Assembly: GCA_965227515.1 (NCBI GenBank)
Contig: CBDDFZ010000002.1
Span: forward strand, 1,152,001 to 1,216,000
DNA length: 64,000 bases
Origin: Alphaproteobacteria bacterium
GTDB taxonomy: Bacteria > Pseudomonadota > Alphaproteobacteria > CALKHQ01
Direction of reading: 5' to 3'
Position numbers and translations under genes: made by a program. Below, one piece after another: positions 51,088 to 60,779 of this stretch (positions are counted from its first letter, which is position 1; the number at the start of each line of letters is the position of its first letter). The notes beneath the pieces are model-generated. The model was not told the DNA's origin. It saw nothing but the letters and a program-made list of their open reading frames with translations, and did no database searches.

Positions 51088-52464
51088 ATGGTACGACGCA
51101 AGGAACACGAATATCTTCTGCAAGAGGTGTCTCGTCAGCAATTGCTGCGTGGCCAGATCAACCGTCGCGACTTCATGACCCGCACTTTGTCGGTCGGTCT
51201 TGGTGCGGCCGGTCTCGGGGTTGCCGCGAAGTATGGCATGGGCCCCGCCTATGCGCAGGACCGCCCGCTGACCCCCACGTTCTATCAGTGGATTGAGGAT
51301 CTGCATCCGTCGATCCCGCAGGTGAATGCGCAGTTCGAGGGCATCAACTACCAGATCGCCCCGGTCGAGGGCTTCGGCATCGAGCGATTCGTGGCCGAAG
51401 CGCAGGCCGGCGAGAGCTCCTGGGACGTTTATGCCGGCATGACCCCGTTCGTCGAGATGACGGCGATGATCGAGGCCGACGTGATCGAGCCGTGGGACGA
51501 CTACATCCCGCAGGACGTGCTGGACGACATCATCCCGTCGATCCGCGAGGAGTGCACTATCGACGGCAAGCTCTATAGCTGGCCGTTCCTGCTCGACGTT
51601 ATCGGCATGGGCTGGCATTCGGGCCTGACCAACGAAGCCGGTGTGGCCGACGCGCCTCCGGGGACTTGGGAAGAGTATCTCGCCAATTCCGCCGCCGTGG
51701 TCGAATCAGGCGCGGCACCGTTCGGCTGCACGTTCGACGCGCATGGCTGGCGGTCGCTGGCGCCGTACACCCACTCGATGAGCACCGACGTCTACAACGA
51801 GACGGGTCTGTTCGAGTTCACCAGCGACGCCGCGATCGAGGCGTTGATGCTGATGAAGGAGATGATGCAGTACTCGCATCCGGACATCCTGCTGGCCGGT
51901 GCGTCGGACGGCGGCGTGAACGGTACGCCGGACGAGGTTGCCTTCGCGGCACAGCGCGTGGGGTACTACACCAAGTACTTCAATGCGCCGCTGCGCATGG
52001 CGGCCTATTGGGACAACCCGACCGACCTGCACATGGGCCCGTTGCCGAAGTTCGCCAATGGCGAAGGCTCGACCGTGTTCTGGACCACCGGTTGCGCGCT
52101 GTTCAAGCACGGCCAGAACAAGGAAAAGGTGGCCGAGTACATCCGCGCGCTCACCTACGACCGCCAGATCTGGCAGGACTCGATCGCCGGCACCGAGACC
52201 GGTCATCCCGGCCAGCTGCCGCCGTACAAGTCGATCTACTCGGAGTGGGACGCCAACACGCCGGACTGGATGCTGCCCTTCGTCGGGCTGGTGCGCGGCC
52301 AGCTCGACATCGCCAAGGCGATCCCGAACCACCTGTTCGGGTTGCAGCAGTTCGTCATCGGCCAGCCGATGTGGGAGACCTATCTGACGGGCGAAGAGTC
52401 CGATCCGAAGGTCGCCCTGCAAGCGGCGCAGGACGCGGTGCTGGCCGAGCTCGAGCGCCAGTAG
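51088..52464 (+). CDS. Tat-exported carbohydrate ABC transporter substrate-binding protein
   Basis: INRRDFM Tat motif, AYA cleavage site, DGKLYSWP, P.TWEE; precedes two CUT1 permeases. Confidence 0.85.
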   Translation: MVRRKEHEYLLQEVSRQQLLRGQINRRDFMTRTLSVGLGAAGLGVAAKYGMGPAYAQDRPLTPTFYQWIEDLHPSIPQVNAQFEGINYQIAPVEGFGIERFVAEAQAGESSWDVYAGMTPFVEMTAMIEADVIEPWDDYIPQDVLDDIIPSIREECTIDGKLYSWPFLLDVIGMGWHSGLTNEAGVADAPPGTWEEYLANSAAVVESGAAPFGCTFDAHGWRSLAPYTHSMSTDVYNETGLFEFTSDAAIEALMLMKEMMQYSHPDILLAGASDGGVNGTPDEVAFAAQRVGYYTKYFNAPLRMAAYWDNPTDLHMGPLPKFANGEGSTVFWTTGCALFKHGQNKEKVAEYIRALTYDRQIWQDSIAGTETGHPGQLPPYKSIYSEWDANTPDWMLPFVGLVRGQLDIAKAIPNHLFGLQQFVIGQPMWETYLTGEESDPKVALQAAQDAVLAELERQ

Positions 52465-52571
52465 CCGTTCACGCATGAAACGGCGGGTGGCATGCCGCGT
52501 GCATTGTCACCCGCCCATGCGGAATGCGTTTCTCTCAGCCAGGGGCATGCCGGGCAATGCAAACCCACGCT

Positions 52572-52601
52572 GTCGTCCTCGGCCTTGAGCCGAGGACCGA
52601 T
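52572..52601. repeat. Family B single hairpin arm
   Basis: GTCGTCCTCGGCCTTGAGCCGAGGACCGAT; partner arm degenerate. Confidence 0.65.
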
Positions 52602-52731
52602 GCCAAGACTGGTGCTCGGAACCCACGGTCCTATTAGGTTGCGCCGCAGCTAGGCTAGGGATGACGAAGGAAGTGCACATGCCTGCAAGGAGTCGTATTC
52701 GGCCAAGCGTGGCGGGCATGGCGCCGGCCCG

Positions 52732-53655
52732 ATGACGGCGGTAGAGGCACGTGCGTACCGGCAGGAGCGCCCGACCGGTTGGCTGGGGCTCACCATCAAC
52801 ACCTGGCTGTTCCTGGCGCCGACGCTGATTTTCTTCATCTGGTACCAGGTCTACCCGATCATTCGGGTGGTCTGGCTCAGCTTCACCGATTTCCAGTTCC
52901 TGACCGGCGAGCCCGGCCAATGGGTCGGCTTCGACAACTATGCCGAGGCGCTGAGCGACCCGCTGATGTGGGAGAGCCTGTGGCGGGCAGCGCTGTTCAC
53001 GCTGATGTTCCTGCCGGGCACCATCATCTTTCCGCTGCTGCTGGCCATTCTGGTCGACCGGGTGCGCGATCAGCGGCTCGCCACGATCTACCGCATGATC
53101 CTGCTGATCCCGGCGGTCATTCCCTCCACGCTGATCTTCGTGCTGTGGAAGTGGATGTACAACTACCAGGTCGGCCCGATTAACCTGATCTTCGAGACGT
53201 TCGGCGGCATGCCGCAAATGTGGCTGGGCGGCACGCCGCTGACGCTGCCCTCGATCGCGATCATGGAGGTCTGGTGGGGGCTGGGCTACCACACCATCTT
53301 CTTCCTGGCCGGGCTGGCGGCGATCCCGAAGGAGTTGCCGGAGGCGGCGCGGCTGGACGGCGCCAACGAGTGGAAGATCTTCTGGTACGTCACCCTGCCG
53401 CGCCTGCAGCCGATCATGATGATCCTGGTGGTGCTGCGCTTCGGCACCTCGATGGCGGTGATCGACGAGTACCTGATCTTCGGCGGCTTCAACCGGGACC
53501 ACCCGACCTATACCTGGACGGTGTTCATGTACGATCAGGCATTCCAGCTCGGCCAGTGGCGCCAGGGCTTTGCCGCGGCCATCGGCATGGTGGGCGCGGT
53601 GGCGATGATGTTCGTGGTCGCCGGCCTGCTGTGGGTCTTCCGGCCCAAAGGATGA
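52732..53655 (+). CDS. Carbohydrate ABC transporter permease
   Basis: WVGFDNY, LAGL..IP.EL.EAARLDGA (EAA motif). Confidence 0.93.
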   Translation: MTAVEARAYRQERPTGWLGLTINTWLFLAPTLIFFIWYQVYPIIRVVWLSFTDFQFLTGEPGQWVGFDNYAEALSDPLMWESLWRAALFTLMFLPGTIIFPLLLAILVDRVRDQRLATIYRMILLIPAVIPSTLIFVLWKWMYNYQVGPINLIFETFGGMPQMWLGGTPLTLPSIAIMEVWWGLGYHTIFFLAGLAAIPKELPEAARLDGANEWKIFWYVTLPRLQPIMMILVVLRFGTSMAVIDEYLIFGGFNRDHPTYTWTVFMYDQAFQLGQWRQGFAAAIGMVGAVAMMFVVAGLLWVFRPKG

Positions 53656-53685
53656 TGACGGCATGACTGAGACGGATGTAACGCC

Positions 53686-54585
53686 ATGACCGCCGAAGCG
53701 ATCCACCTGCCGGAAACGCGCGCCGCGACCCTGCCGCCAGCCCGTGGGCCCCTGATCGGGCGCACCGGAGCGGCGGCGATCCGCCATGCGGTCATCATTT
53801 TCTTCTGCGTCATCATCCTGCTGCCGCTGGCCTGGGTGCTGCTGATGTCGGTCAAGTCGCTGCCGGCCTCCATGCGCCCGCAGATCTGGCCCGATACGTT
53901 CGACTTCTCGCACTACGCCTTCGTGTTCGAGAAGATCGACACGCTGCCCCACAATATGTGGAACTCGATCTACGTGACCGGCGCCACGGTCATCTTGACG
54001 ACGTTCTGCGCCGTTCTGGCCGGCTATGCGCTGGTGCACCTGCGCACCCGGGCGGCCACAGCCATCGTCATGACGCTGTTGATGTCGCTGTATTTCCCGA
54101 CCCGCGTGGTGTCGATCATCTCGATCTACGAGATCCAGAACTATCTGGAGCTGATCAACTCCACGACCGGGCTGATCCTGCCCTACATCACCCTGAACCT
54201 GGCGATCAGCGTGCTGATCATGCGCTCCGTCTTCCAGCTCGTGCCGCACGAACTGTTCGAGGCCGCGAAGATCGACGGCGCCGGTCCATGGAAGGGGCTG
54301 TGGATGGTCGGCCTGCCGCTGGTGCGCAACGGCCTGGTGGTGGTGTTCATCGTCAATTTCGTCACCGCCTGGGGCGAGTATCTGCTCTGCCTGACGCTGA
54401 CCAACGACCAGGAAGCGCGCACCATGCCGGTGGTGCTGGCGCAGGCGGCCGGCGGGCTCGGCCAGTGGGCGTGGCCCCGGCTGGCCGCAGTCTACGTCAT
54501 CGTCGTCACGCCCGGCATCGTCGCCTTCGCCTTCGCCCAGAAGCTGTTCTTCAAGGGCCTGATGGAAGGCATGGTCAAGGGGTAG
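53686..54585 (+). CDS. Carbohydrate ABC transporter permease
   Basis: NS......T, AGYAL, P.EL.EAAKIDGA, W.EYL, QK.F..GL..G.VKG. Confidence 0.93.
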   Translation: MTAEAIHLPETRAATLPPARGPLIGRTGAAAIRHAVIIFFCVIILLPLAWVLLMSVKSLPASMRPQIWPDTFDFSHYAFVFEKIDTLPHNMWNSIYVTGATVILTTFCAVLAGYALVHLRTRAATAIVMTLLMSLYFPTRVVSIISIYEIQNYLELINSTTGLILPYITLNLAISVLIMRSVFQLVPHELFEAAKIDGAGPWKGLWMVGLPLVRNGLVVVFIVNFVTAWGEYLLCLTLTNDQEARTMPVVLAQAAGGLGQWAWPRLAAVYVIVVTPGIVAFAFAQKLFFKGLMEGMVKG

Positions 54586-54684
54586 GGGCGCGTCCCCGGT
54601 CAGCCTTGCCTGCGTCCATTCTTGATCGTGCCGCATTCGCGATGTAGGCGATTGTCCATCGAAGCGGGGTAGCGGAGGCGAGAT

Positions 54685-55686
54685 ATGTTTCGTGCGGCAA
54701 CATCGGCCATGATCCTTGTGGCCGGATCGCTGGCGGCAAGCGCGGCGGCCCAGGCCGACGACAGTTGCACCATGGCGAACAACCAGACCTGCGAGGAAAT
54801 CTACCTCGGCCCGGGCTTCTGCATGCCGCAGACCGACACCACGGACTGCGCGGGCGCGGAAGTGCTGCCACAGTCGGACGATCGGCTGCTGACCGGGCTC
54901 GATGTCCTCTACATGACGCCTTATATGCGCCGGCTGGCACGCAACGAGATCTTCGCGCGCCATGGCTACAGCTTCAACAGCCCGGAACTGCAAGAATTCT
55001 TCGGCGCGCGCAGCTGGTACGCCCCGGTTGGGCAGAACGTGAATTTGTCGGCCATCGAGAGCGCCAACGTCGAATTCATCCGCCAGGTCGAGAACGGCGA
55101 GATCGCCCTGATGGATGACAACCCACGCTCGTCGGACGGCCAGTCGCTGCCGCCGCTGACCGCGTGGATCGCCGATATCGTCAATGCCGACGGCACGGTC
55201 CTGTATGGCGTGGTCAGCGGCATTCGCGGCCGCACCTACGACCCGGAGACCGGCTACGTCACCATCGTGCGGCCGGATCGCGAGGACCTGCTGTCCTATG
55301 CGTTTCAGCCGCAAGGCGACGACGAGTGGTCGGTGGCGACATGGTGGCGGCTGTTTCCGCCGCGCGTGTTGGAGCCCTATGTCCACGCCCTCAACATCGT
55401 GCCGCAGCCGATTGCGCGCGAGACCCTGTTTGGCGAGCCGGTGACCCGCGTGCACCTGGAGTGGTCGGACGAGGGCGGCTTCACCACGCTGGTCGGCGAG
55501 GCCTGGGTCACCGACGACGGCATCTTCCTGCAGGTCAATGTCGGCGGCGTGTTCGAGGAGTGCTGTGGCGGCGACGTCGATATCCCGTGGACCATGCAGT
55601 ACCACCTGGAAAATCTGGAACGCGGGCTGGCCGACCCGGCCCTGCTGGAGCCGCCGCCCGACCGTAACTGGGGCTACGCTGGCTGA
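54685..55686 (+). CDS. Secreted YARHG-domain protein with N-terminal Cys-rich module (paralog 1)
   Basis: Signal peptide; CTMANNQTCEE...C.PQTDTTDC; ARNEIFARHGY.F...F....WY; C-terminal beta domain. Confidence 0.85.
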   Translation: MFRAATSAMILVAGSLAASAAAQADDSCTMANNQTCEEIYLGPGFCMPQTDTTDCAGAEVLPQSDDRLLTGLDVLYMTPYMRRLARNEIFARHGYSFNSPELQEFFGARSWYAPVGQNVNLSAIESANVEFIRQVENGEIALMDDNPRSSDGQSLPPLTAWIADIVNADGTVLYGVVSGIRGRTYDPETGYVTIVRPDREDLLSYAFQPQGDDEWSVATWWRLFPPRVLEPYVHALNIVPQPIARETLFGEPVTRVHLEWSDEGGFTTLVGEAWVTDDGIFLQVNVGGVFEECCGGDVDIPWTMQYHLENLERGLADPALLEPPPDRNWGYAG

Positions 55687-55691
55687 CCGCC

Positions 55692-56702
55692 ATGGTCCGT
55701 AACTCATCCGCGATCGGCCGTGGGCTGTTGGCCGCCGGTGCCTGGTGCGCGATGGCGGCCACGGCCTTTGCCGACGACACTTGCCCGATGGCCAACAACA
55801 ATCGCTGCGAGGAGCCGTGGCTGGGCGTGGGGTTCTGCGCGCCGCTGACCGACACCTCCGACTGCGCCGGTGCGGAAATCCTGCCGCAGTCCGACGAACG
55901 CGAGCTGACGGCCCACGACGTGCTCCATTTGCCGCCAGATATCCTGCGGCTGGCGCGCAACGAGGTGTTCGCGCGCCACGGCTACACCTTCAACAGCGCG
56001 GACTTGCAGGCGTTCTTCGGCGCGCGCAGTTGGTATGCGCCGGCCGGGCAGGATGTGAGCCTGTCGGCCATCGAGGCTGCCAACGTCGACCTCATTCGGC
56101 AGATCGAGGACGGCGGTGCGGCGGCCTTCGGCGAGCCGGCCCGCGCGCCCGACGGCCAGTCGCCGCCGCCGCTGTCGGCCTGGAGCGCGGACGTCCATTT
56201 CGCCGAGGGCACCGTCATGCAGGCTATCGTCCACGGCGTTCGCGCCCGCCTGTATGTGGCGGACCGGGACCGGGTGACGATCATGCGGCCCGATCTCGGC
56301 GACATGCTGTCGTTCGCCACCGAACCGCAGACCGACGACGAGTATGCGGTCAGCCAGTCCTGGGGCGTGTTTCCGCCCCGGCTGCTGGAGCCATATGTCC
56401 ATGCGTTCGGCATCGTGCCGCAGCCTTTGGGCCGCGAGACCATGCTCGGCGAACAGGTCACCAGGGTCGCCATCGACTGGGTGGACGAGTACGGCAACCA
56501 GACCATCGTGGGCGAGGCGTGGGTCACCGACGACGGCATCTTCGTCAAGGTCGACGTCGGCGGCGTGTTCCTGGAGTGCTGCGGTGGCGAGGCCGACATT
56601 CCCTGGCAGCTTCAGTACCAGCTCGAGAACCTGCAACGCGGCGCGCCCGACCCGGCGGTCTTCCAGCCGCCCACTGACAGGCAGTGGACATTTCCGGGCT
56701 GA
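55692..56702 (+). CDS. Secreted YARHG-domain protein with N-terminal Cys-rich module (paralog 2)
   Basis: Signal peptide; CPMANNNRCEE...C.PLTDTSDC; ARNEVFARHGY; colinear with paralog 1. Confidence 0.85.
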   Translation: MVRNSSAIGRGLLAAGAWCAMAATAFADDTCPMANNNRCEEPWLGVGFCAPLTDTSDCAGAEILPQSDERELTAHDVLHLPPDILRLARNEVFARHGYTFNSADLQAFFGARSWYAPAGQDVSLSAIEAANVDLIRQIEDGGAAAFGEPARAPDGQSPPPLSAWSADVHFAEGTVMQAIVHGVRARLYVADRDRVTIMRPDLGDMLSFATEPQTDDEYAVSQSWGVFPPRLLEPYVHAFGIVPQPLGRETMLGEQVTRVAIDWVDEYGNQTIVGEAWVTDDGIFVKVDVGGVFLECCGGEADIPWQLQYQLENLQRGAPDPAVFQPPTDRQWTFPG

Positions 56703-57541
56703 GTGCCGGCTACGAGATAGGCGACCCAGTGGCCGTGATCGCTGGCGTGCGGCGCGACGGCTACGCGGTGGTGACCGGTGCGTTGGCGCCCGCCGCCAGG
56801 GCTTGGCTGGCAGGCCAATGCGCGCGCATCCTCGCGCTGTGGCAATCCGAAACGCCGGACCATGGCACGCGCACCAACATGGCGTGGCTGACCGAGCCAC
56901 GGTACTGGGCCGGCGATCCCGACGGGCTGACCGCATTCCTGGAACTGGTGGCCGATCCGGCGCTGGTGGCGCTGCTGACCGAACTGGGCTGTGCGCCGCC
57001 GCTGTTCAACAACACCCAGTTGTTCCCCGACCCGCCAAGTACCGAGACAACGGGCCGGTCATGGTACGGCTTGTGGCACCGCGACACCCAGTTCCTGGCG
57101 CCCGAGGACGAGGCCGAGCGCGCCTTCATCGCCAGCCTGCGCGGCATCCATGTGCATGTGGCCCTGGTGGCGGACGACAATTTCGAGATCGTGCCCGGCA
57201 GCCATTTGCGCTTCGACACGCCGGCCGAGCGCGCCATCCGCAAGGCCGAGCTAACGGCGGCACGTTCGCTCGGCCGCATGCCGGGGGCCGCGCGCATCGG
57301 GTTGGCACCGGGCGACGCGGTGATCTTCGATGCCGCCACCATTCATCGTGGGCGCTACGCCGCCGGCACGCCGCGGCTGACGTTCGACATCATCTACCAG
57401 CACGGCCCGCCGCTGACCGACGCGCACCCGCCGCCGACGTGCTTTGCCGACCTGGCGGTGCTGGCGCGGCTCAGCCCCGGCGCCCGTGCCGTGTTCGCCC
57501 GGTTCGTTGAGGCGTATGGGGAGATGTGGGCGGGGGCGTAG
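56684..57541 (+). CDS. Phytanoyl-CoA dioxygenase (PhyH) family protein; start uncertain
   Basis: DGY.VV, WHRD, VPGSH, GD..IF....IHRG....R. Confidence 0.8.
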   Translation: MDISGLSAGYEIGDPVAVIAGVRRDGYAVVTGALAPAARAWLAGQCARILALWQSETPDHGTRTNMAWLTEPRYWAGDPDGLTAFLELVADPALVALLTELGCAPPLFNNTQLFPDPPSTETTGRSWYGLWHRDTQFLAPEDEAERAFIASLRGIHVHVALVADDNFEIVPGSHLRFDTPAERAIRKAELTAARSLGRMPGAARIGLAPGDAVIFDAATIHRGRYAAGTPRLTFDIIYQHGPPLTDAHPPPTCFADLAVLARLSPGARAVFARFVEAYGEMWAGA

Positions 57542-57564
57542 AAAGCCCTGACCAGCCCTTCACC

Positions 57565-57649
57565 GTCATGGTCGGGCTTGTCCCGACCATCCACGACTTT
57601 GGTCAGCCGAAGCCAAGACGTGGATGCCCGCAACAAGTGCGGGCATGAC
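57565..57649. repeat. Palindromic repeat family C, copy 3
   Basis: GTCATGGTCGGGCTTGTCCCGACCATCCACG ... CGTGGATGCCCGCAACAAGTGCGGGCATGAC. Confidence 0.86.
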
Positions 57650-57660
57650 GCGGGAGAGGC

Positions 57661-58578
57661 CTAACCGCCCGTGCTCATCTGCTGTTCGATGGCCAGGTTG
57701 CGCACGGCCCTCTGCAGTTTGTCGAACGCGCGAACCTCGATCTGGCGCACCCGTTCGCGGCTGATGCCGTATTCCTGGGACAGTTCCTCCAGGGTCACCG
57801 GGTCCTCGCTCAGCCGGCGCTCGGTGATGATGCGCCGCTCGCGCTCGTTCAGGCCCTTCATCGCCTGCTCCAGCATCTCGCGGCGCTGGCCGAACTCCTC
57901 CTTCTGCGCGAACTCGGTTTCCTGGTCGTCGCTGTCGTCGACCAGCCAGTCCTGCCACTCGCCCTCGCTGTCCGCACTCAGCGGCGCGTTCAGCGAATGG
58001 TCGGGGCTGGCCAGCCGCCGGTTCATGCTGACGACGTCGTCCTCCGACACGTTCAACTCGGTGGCGATCTTCTTGACCTTCTCCGGCGACAGGTCACCGA
58101 CCTCATAGGCCTTCATCTGGCCCTTCAGCTTGCGCAGGTTGAAGAACAGCTTCTTCTGCGCCGCGGTTGTGCCCATCTTCACCAGCGACCACGAGTGCAG
58201 GATGTATTCCTGGATCGAGGCGCGGATCCACCACATGGCGTAGGTGGCCAGCCGGAAGCCCTTTTCCGGGTCGAACCGCTTCACCGCCTGCATCATGCCG
58301 ACATTGCCTTCGGAGATCAGCTCGGCGACCGGCAGGCCGTAGCCGCGATAGCCCATGGCGATCTTGGCGACCAGGCGCAAATGGCTGGTGACGAGCTGCG
58401 CGGCTGCGTCGGCATCCTCGTGCTCGCGCCAGCGCTTGGCCAGCATGTACTCCTGCTCGGCTTCCAGCATCGGGAAGCGGCGGATTTCCTGCAGATAGCG
58501 GGACAGGTTGCCCTCTGCGGTCAGCGCCGGCACCTTGGCGGTGGCCGACGCGAAAGAGGCGTCCGCTGAGTTGCTCAT
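57661..58578 (-). CDS. rpoH: RNA polymerase sigma-32 factor
   Basis: SHLRLVAKIAMGYRGYGLP, EGNVGMMQAV.RFDP, RpoH box QKKLFFNLR, SRERVRQIE. Confidence 0.97.
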   Translation of the reverse strand: MSNSADASFASATAKVPALTAEGNLSRYLQEIRRFPMLEAEQEYMLAKRWREHEDADAAAQLVTSHLRLVAKIAMGYRGYGLPVAELISEGNVGMMQAVKRFDPEKGFRLATYAMWWIRASIQEYILHSWSLVKMGTTAAQKKLFFNLRKLKGQMKAYEVGDLSPEKVKKIATELNVSEDDVVSMNRRLASPDHSLNAPLSADSEGEWQDWLVDDSDDQETEFAQKEEFGQRREMLEQAMKGLNERERRIITERRLSEDPVTLEELSQEYGISRERVRQIEVRAFDKLQRAVRNLAIEQQMSTGG

Positions 58579-58650
58579 GTGCGTTGTCCTTCATCTTTCA
58601 GCGGTGACCGGAATGATGGCCACCGCACCCCCAAAATAGCAGATAATTCC

Positions 58651-59640
58651 TTACCCTTGCGCTAGTGCCTCCATCAGAGACTCCATGTCCGCCGGCCGCG
58701 GTGCCTCGAAATGCATGCCTTCGCCGGTCACCGGGTGCGCGAAGCCCAGCGTGCGCGCGTGCAGGGCCTGGCGGCCGAACCCGTCGACGGCCCGGCGGGC
58801 CGCCTCGCCCAGGTTCGCGCGCCGGCGGCGGTCGGCCCGCCCGTACAGCGGATCGCCGACCAGGGGATGGCCGATATGCGCCATGTGCACGCGGACCTGG
58901 TGCGTGCGCCCGGTTGCCAGCCGGCACTCCACCAGACTGTGCGCCGGCCCAAGTGCCGCGCAAACTCGATACAGCGTGCGCGCCGGCTTGCCGCCTCGCG
59001 TCACCACGGCCATTTTTTGCCTGTTGTGCGGGCTTCGGCCGATATTGCCCTCGACCTCGCCAGATGTTGGCTGCGGCGTGCCCCACACCACGGCATCATA
59101 GTAGCGCGCGGTGCGGCGCTCGGCAAACTGGGCGGCCAGGCTGTGGTGCGCGCGCTCGGTCTTGGCCGCGACCATCAGGCCGGAGGTGTCCTTGTCCAGA
59201 CGGTGCACGATGCCGGGGCGTTTCACGCCGCCGATGCCGGACAGGCTGTCGCCGCAATGGGCCAGCAGCGCATTGACCAGCGTACCGGACGAATTGCCCG
59301 GTGCGGGATGCACCACCATGCCGGCCGGCTTGTTCACCACGATGACCTCTTCGTCCTCGTAAACGATTGAAAGGGCGATGTGTTCCGCGCGGGGGGTGTC
59401 CTCGATGCTGGGTGGAACCGTCAGGATCAGGCATGCCCCCGCCGCCAGTTTATAGGATGGATCGGTGACCGGCCGTTTGTCAGTGACCGTCGTCACCGAA
59501 CCGCCCAGGATCAGCGCCTTGACCCGGCTGCGGGACAGATGGGGGAAGCGCTCGGCAAAGGCGCGGTCAAGGCGCACGCCGACCAGGGCGTCATCGGCGG
59601 TCAGGGTGAGTTGTTCGGGGGCGGGGTCGGCAGCCTGCAT
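58651..59640 (-). CDS. rluD: RluA-family pseudouridine synthase (RluD-like)
   Basis: S4 domain RLD...SRS, NKPAGMVVHP, HRLDKDTSG, TGRTHQVRVH, GDPLY, QALHA. Confidence 0.9.
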   Translation of the reverse strand: MQAADPAPEQLTLTADDALVGVRLDRAFAERFPHLSRSRVKALILGGSVTTVTDKRPVTDPSYKLAAGACLILTVPPSIEDTPRAEHIALSIVYEDEEVIVVNKPAGMVVHPAPGNSSGTLVNALLAHCGDSLSGIGGVKRPGIVHRLDKDTSGLMVAAKTERAHHSLAAQFAERRTARYYDAVVWGTPQPTSGEVEGNIGRSPHNRQKMAVVTRGGKPARTLYRVCAALGPAHSLVECRLATGRTHQVRVHMAHIGHPLVGDPLYGRADRRRRANLGEAARRAVDGFGRQALHARTLGFAHPVTGEGMHFEAPRPADMESLMEALAQG

Positions 59641-59680
59641 GATGGGGGAGAATATCACAGCCGCGCGGGCCAAATCGCAT

Positions 59681-59726
59681 GGCACCCCATTTCTTGGCGC
59701 CCCCATTTCTCGGCACCCCATTTCTC
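59681..59726. repeat. Three tandem 15-16 nt direct repeats
   Basis: GGCACCCCATTTCTT / GGCGCCCCCATTTCTC / GGCACCCCATTTCTC. Confidence 0.8.
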
Positions 59727-59756
59727 GACATAATGGAATCGGTTAGGTTGCCGGCC

Positions 59757-60140
59757 ATGGCTACAATGTCTCCAAATCGCCTGCGCGCCCTGAAGATTCT
59801 GGTGGTCGGCATGGGCATCCTGATCGTTGCCGGCATGGCGGTGATCGCCGTGACGCTGGTGATGCGCGCGTCCGACATGCTCGACGGCAGCGACGACGAT
59901 GACGATGACATCGTGACCGGGGGCGACGAGGCCGACCAGGCGCGCCCCACCGGGTCGGCGGCCGAGCCCTGGGTTCGGGAACTCGCGGTGCCGCCAGGCG
60001 GGCGGATCGTCGACGTCGCCATCGATGACGGGCAGGCACTGTTCGTCGTCGAGACCGCCGATGGCGGCCAGCAGGTAATCTATTTCGATGTCGATGCCGC
60101 CGCCGTTGGTGGGCGGGTCAATGTCACGCAAGGCGAGTGA
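59757..60140 (+). CDS. Single-TM hypothetical protein divergent from rluD
   Basis: RALKILVVGMGILIV TM helix, acidic linker, small beta domain. Confidence 0.72.
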   Translation: MATMSPNRLRALKILVVGMGILIVAGMAVIAVTLVMRASDMLDGSDDDDDDIVTGGDEADQARPTGSAAEPWVRELAVPPGGRIVDVAIDDGQALFVVETADGGQQVIYFDVDAAAVGGRVNVTQGE

Positions 60141-60167
60141 CGGGGCTTGGCGGAAAAGGATCAGACC

Positions 60168-60635
60168 ATGGAACCCGAATTCAAGGACCTTGAGGCTTTC
60201 AGGCTCATCGGCCTGGAGGGCAGCTTCGATCCGTCGACGGCGGGTGGCATTCCGCCATTGTGGGCGCAGTTCTCCGCCCGCTATGGCGAGATCGAGGGCC
60301 AGATCGGCAAGACGAGCTATGGCCTCAGCCGGCTGACCGACCGGCAGACCGGCGCATTCGACTACATGGCCGGGGTGGCGACCGCGCCGGATGCGCCGGT
60401 GCCCGAGGGCATGAGCGAGGCCCTTGTGCCCGGCGGCCGCTATGCGGTTTTCACGCACGTGGTGGGTGACGAGGGCATGCAGCCGGGCCTGATGAAGACG
60501 TTCCAGCACATCTTCGGCGTGTGGCTGCCGCAGTCGGGCTATGCGCCGGCCGAGTTCAATTTCGAGCTCTACGACGAGCGTCTCGACCCCCAAACCATGC
60601 AGGGGGCCTTCGACATTTACGTGCCGGCGCGCTGA
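60168..60635 (+). CDS. GyrI-like small-molecule binding protein
   Basis: IP.LW..F, FDYMAGV, VP.GM...VP.G.YAVF.H, I...WLP.SGY, FE.YDER. Confidence 0.85.
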   Translation: MEPEFKDLEAFRLIGLEGSFDPSTAGGIPPLWAQFSARYGEIEGQIGKTSYGLSRLTDRQTGAFDYMAGVATAPDAPVPEGMSEALVPGGRYAVFTHVVGDEGMQPGLMKTFQHIFGVWLPQSGYAPAEFNFELYDERLDPQTMQGAFDIYVPAR

Positions 60636-60779
60636 GCCGCATTCTCCGTTGGCTTGCTCCGCTAGATCGCCCGCGCGGGGTGCGGGTGCGTGCCGCAGGA
60701 AATCGGCCACGGCCATCGTTTACAGTCACATGACACGGTGCTAGTTTCCGCGGCGTCTCTTCCGGCGGCCGGCGGGTCC

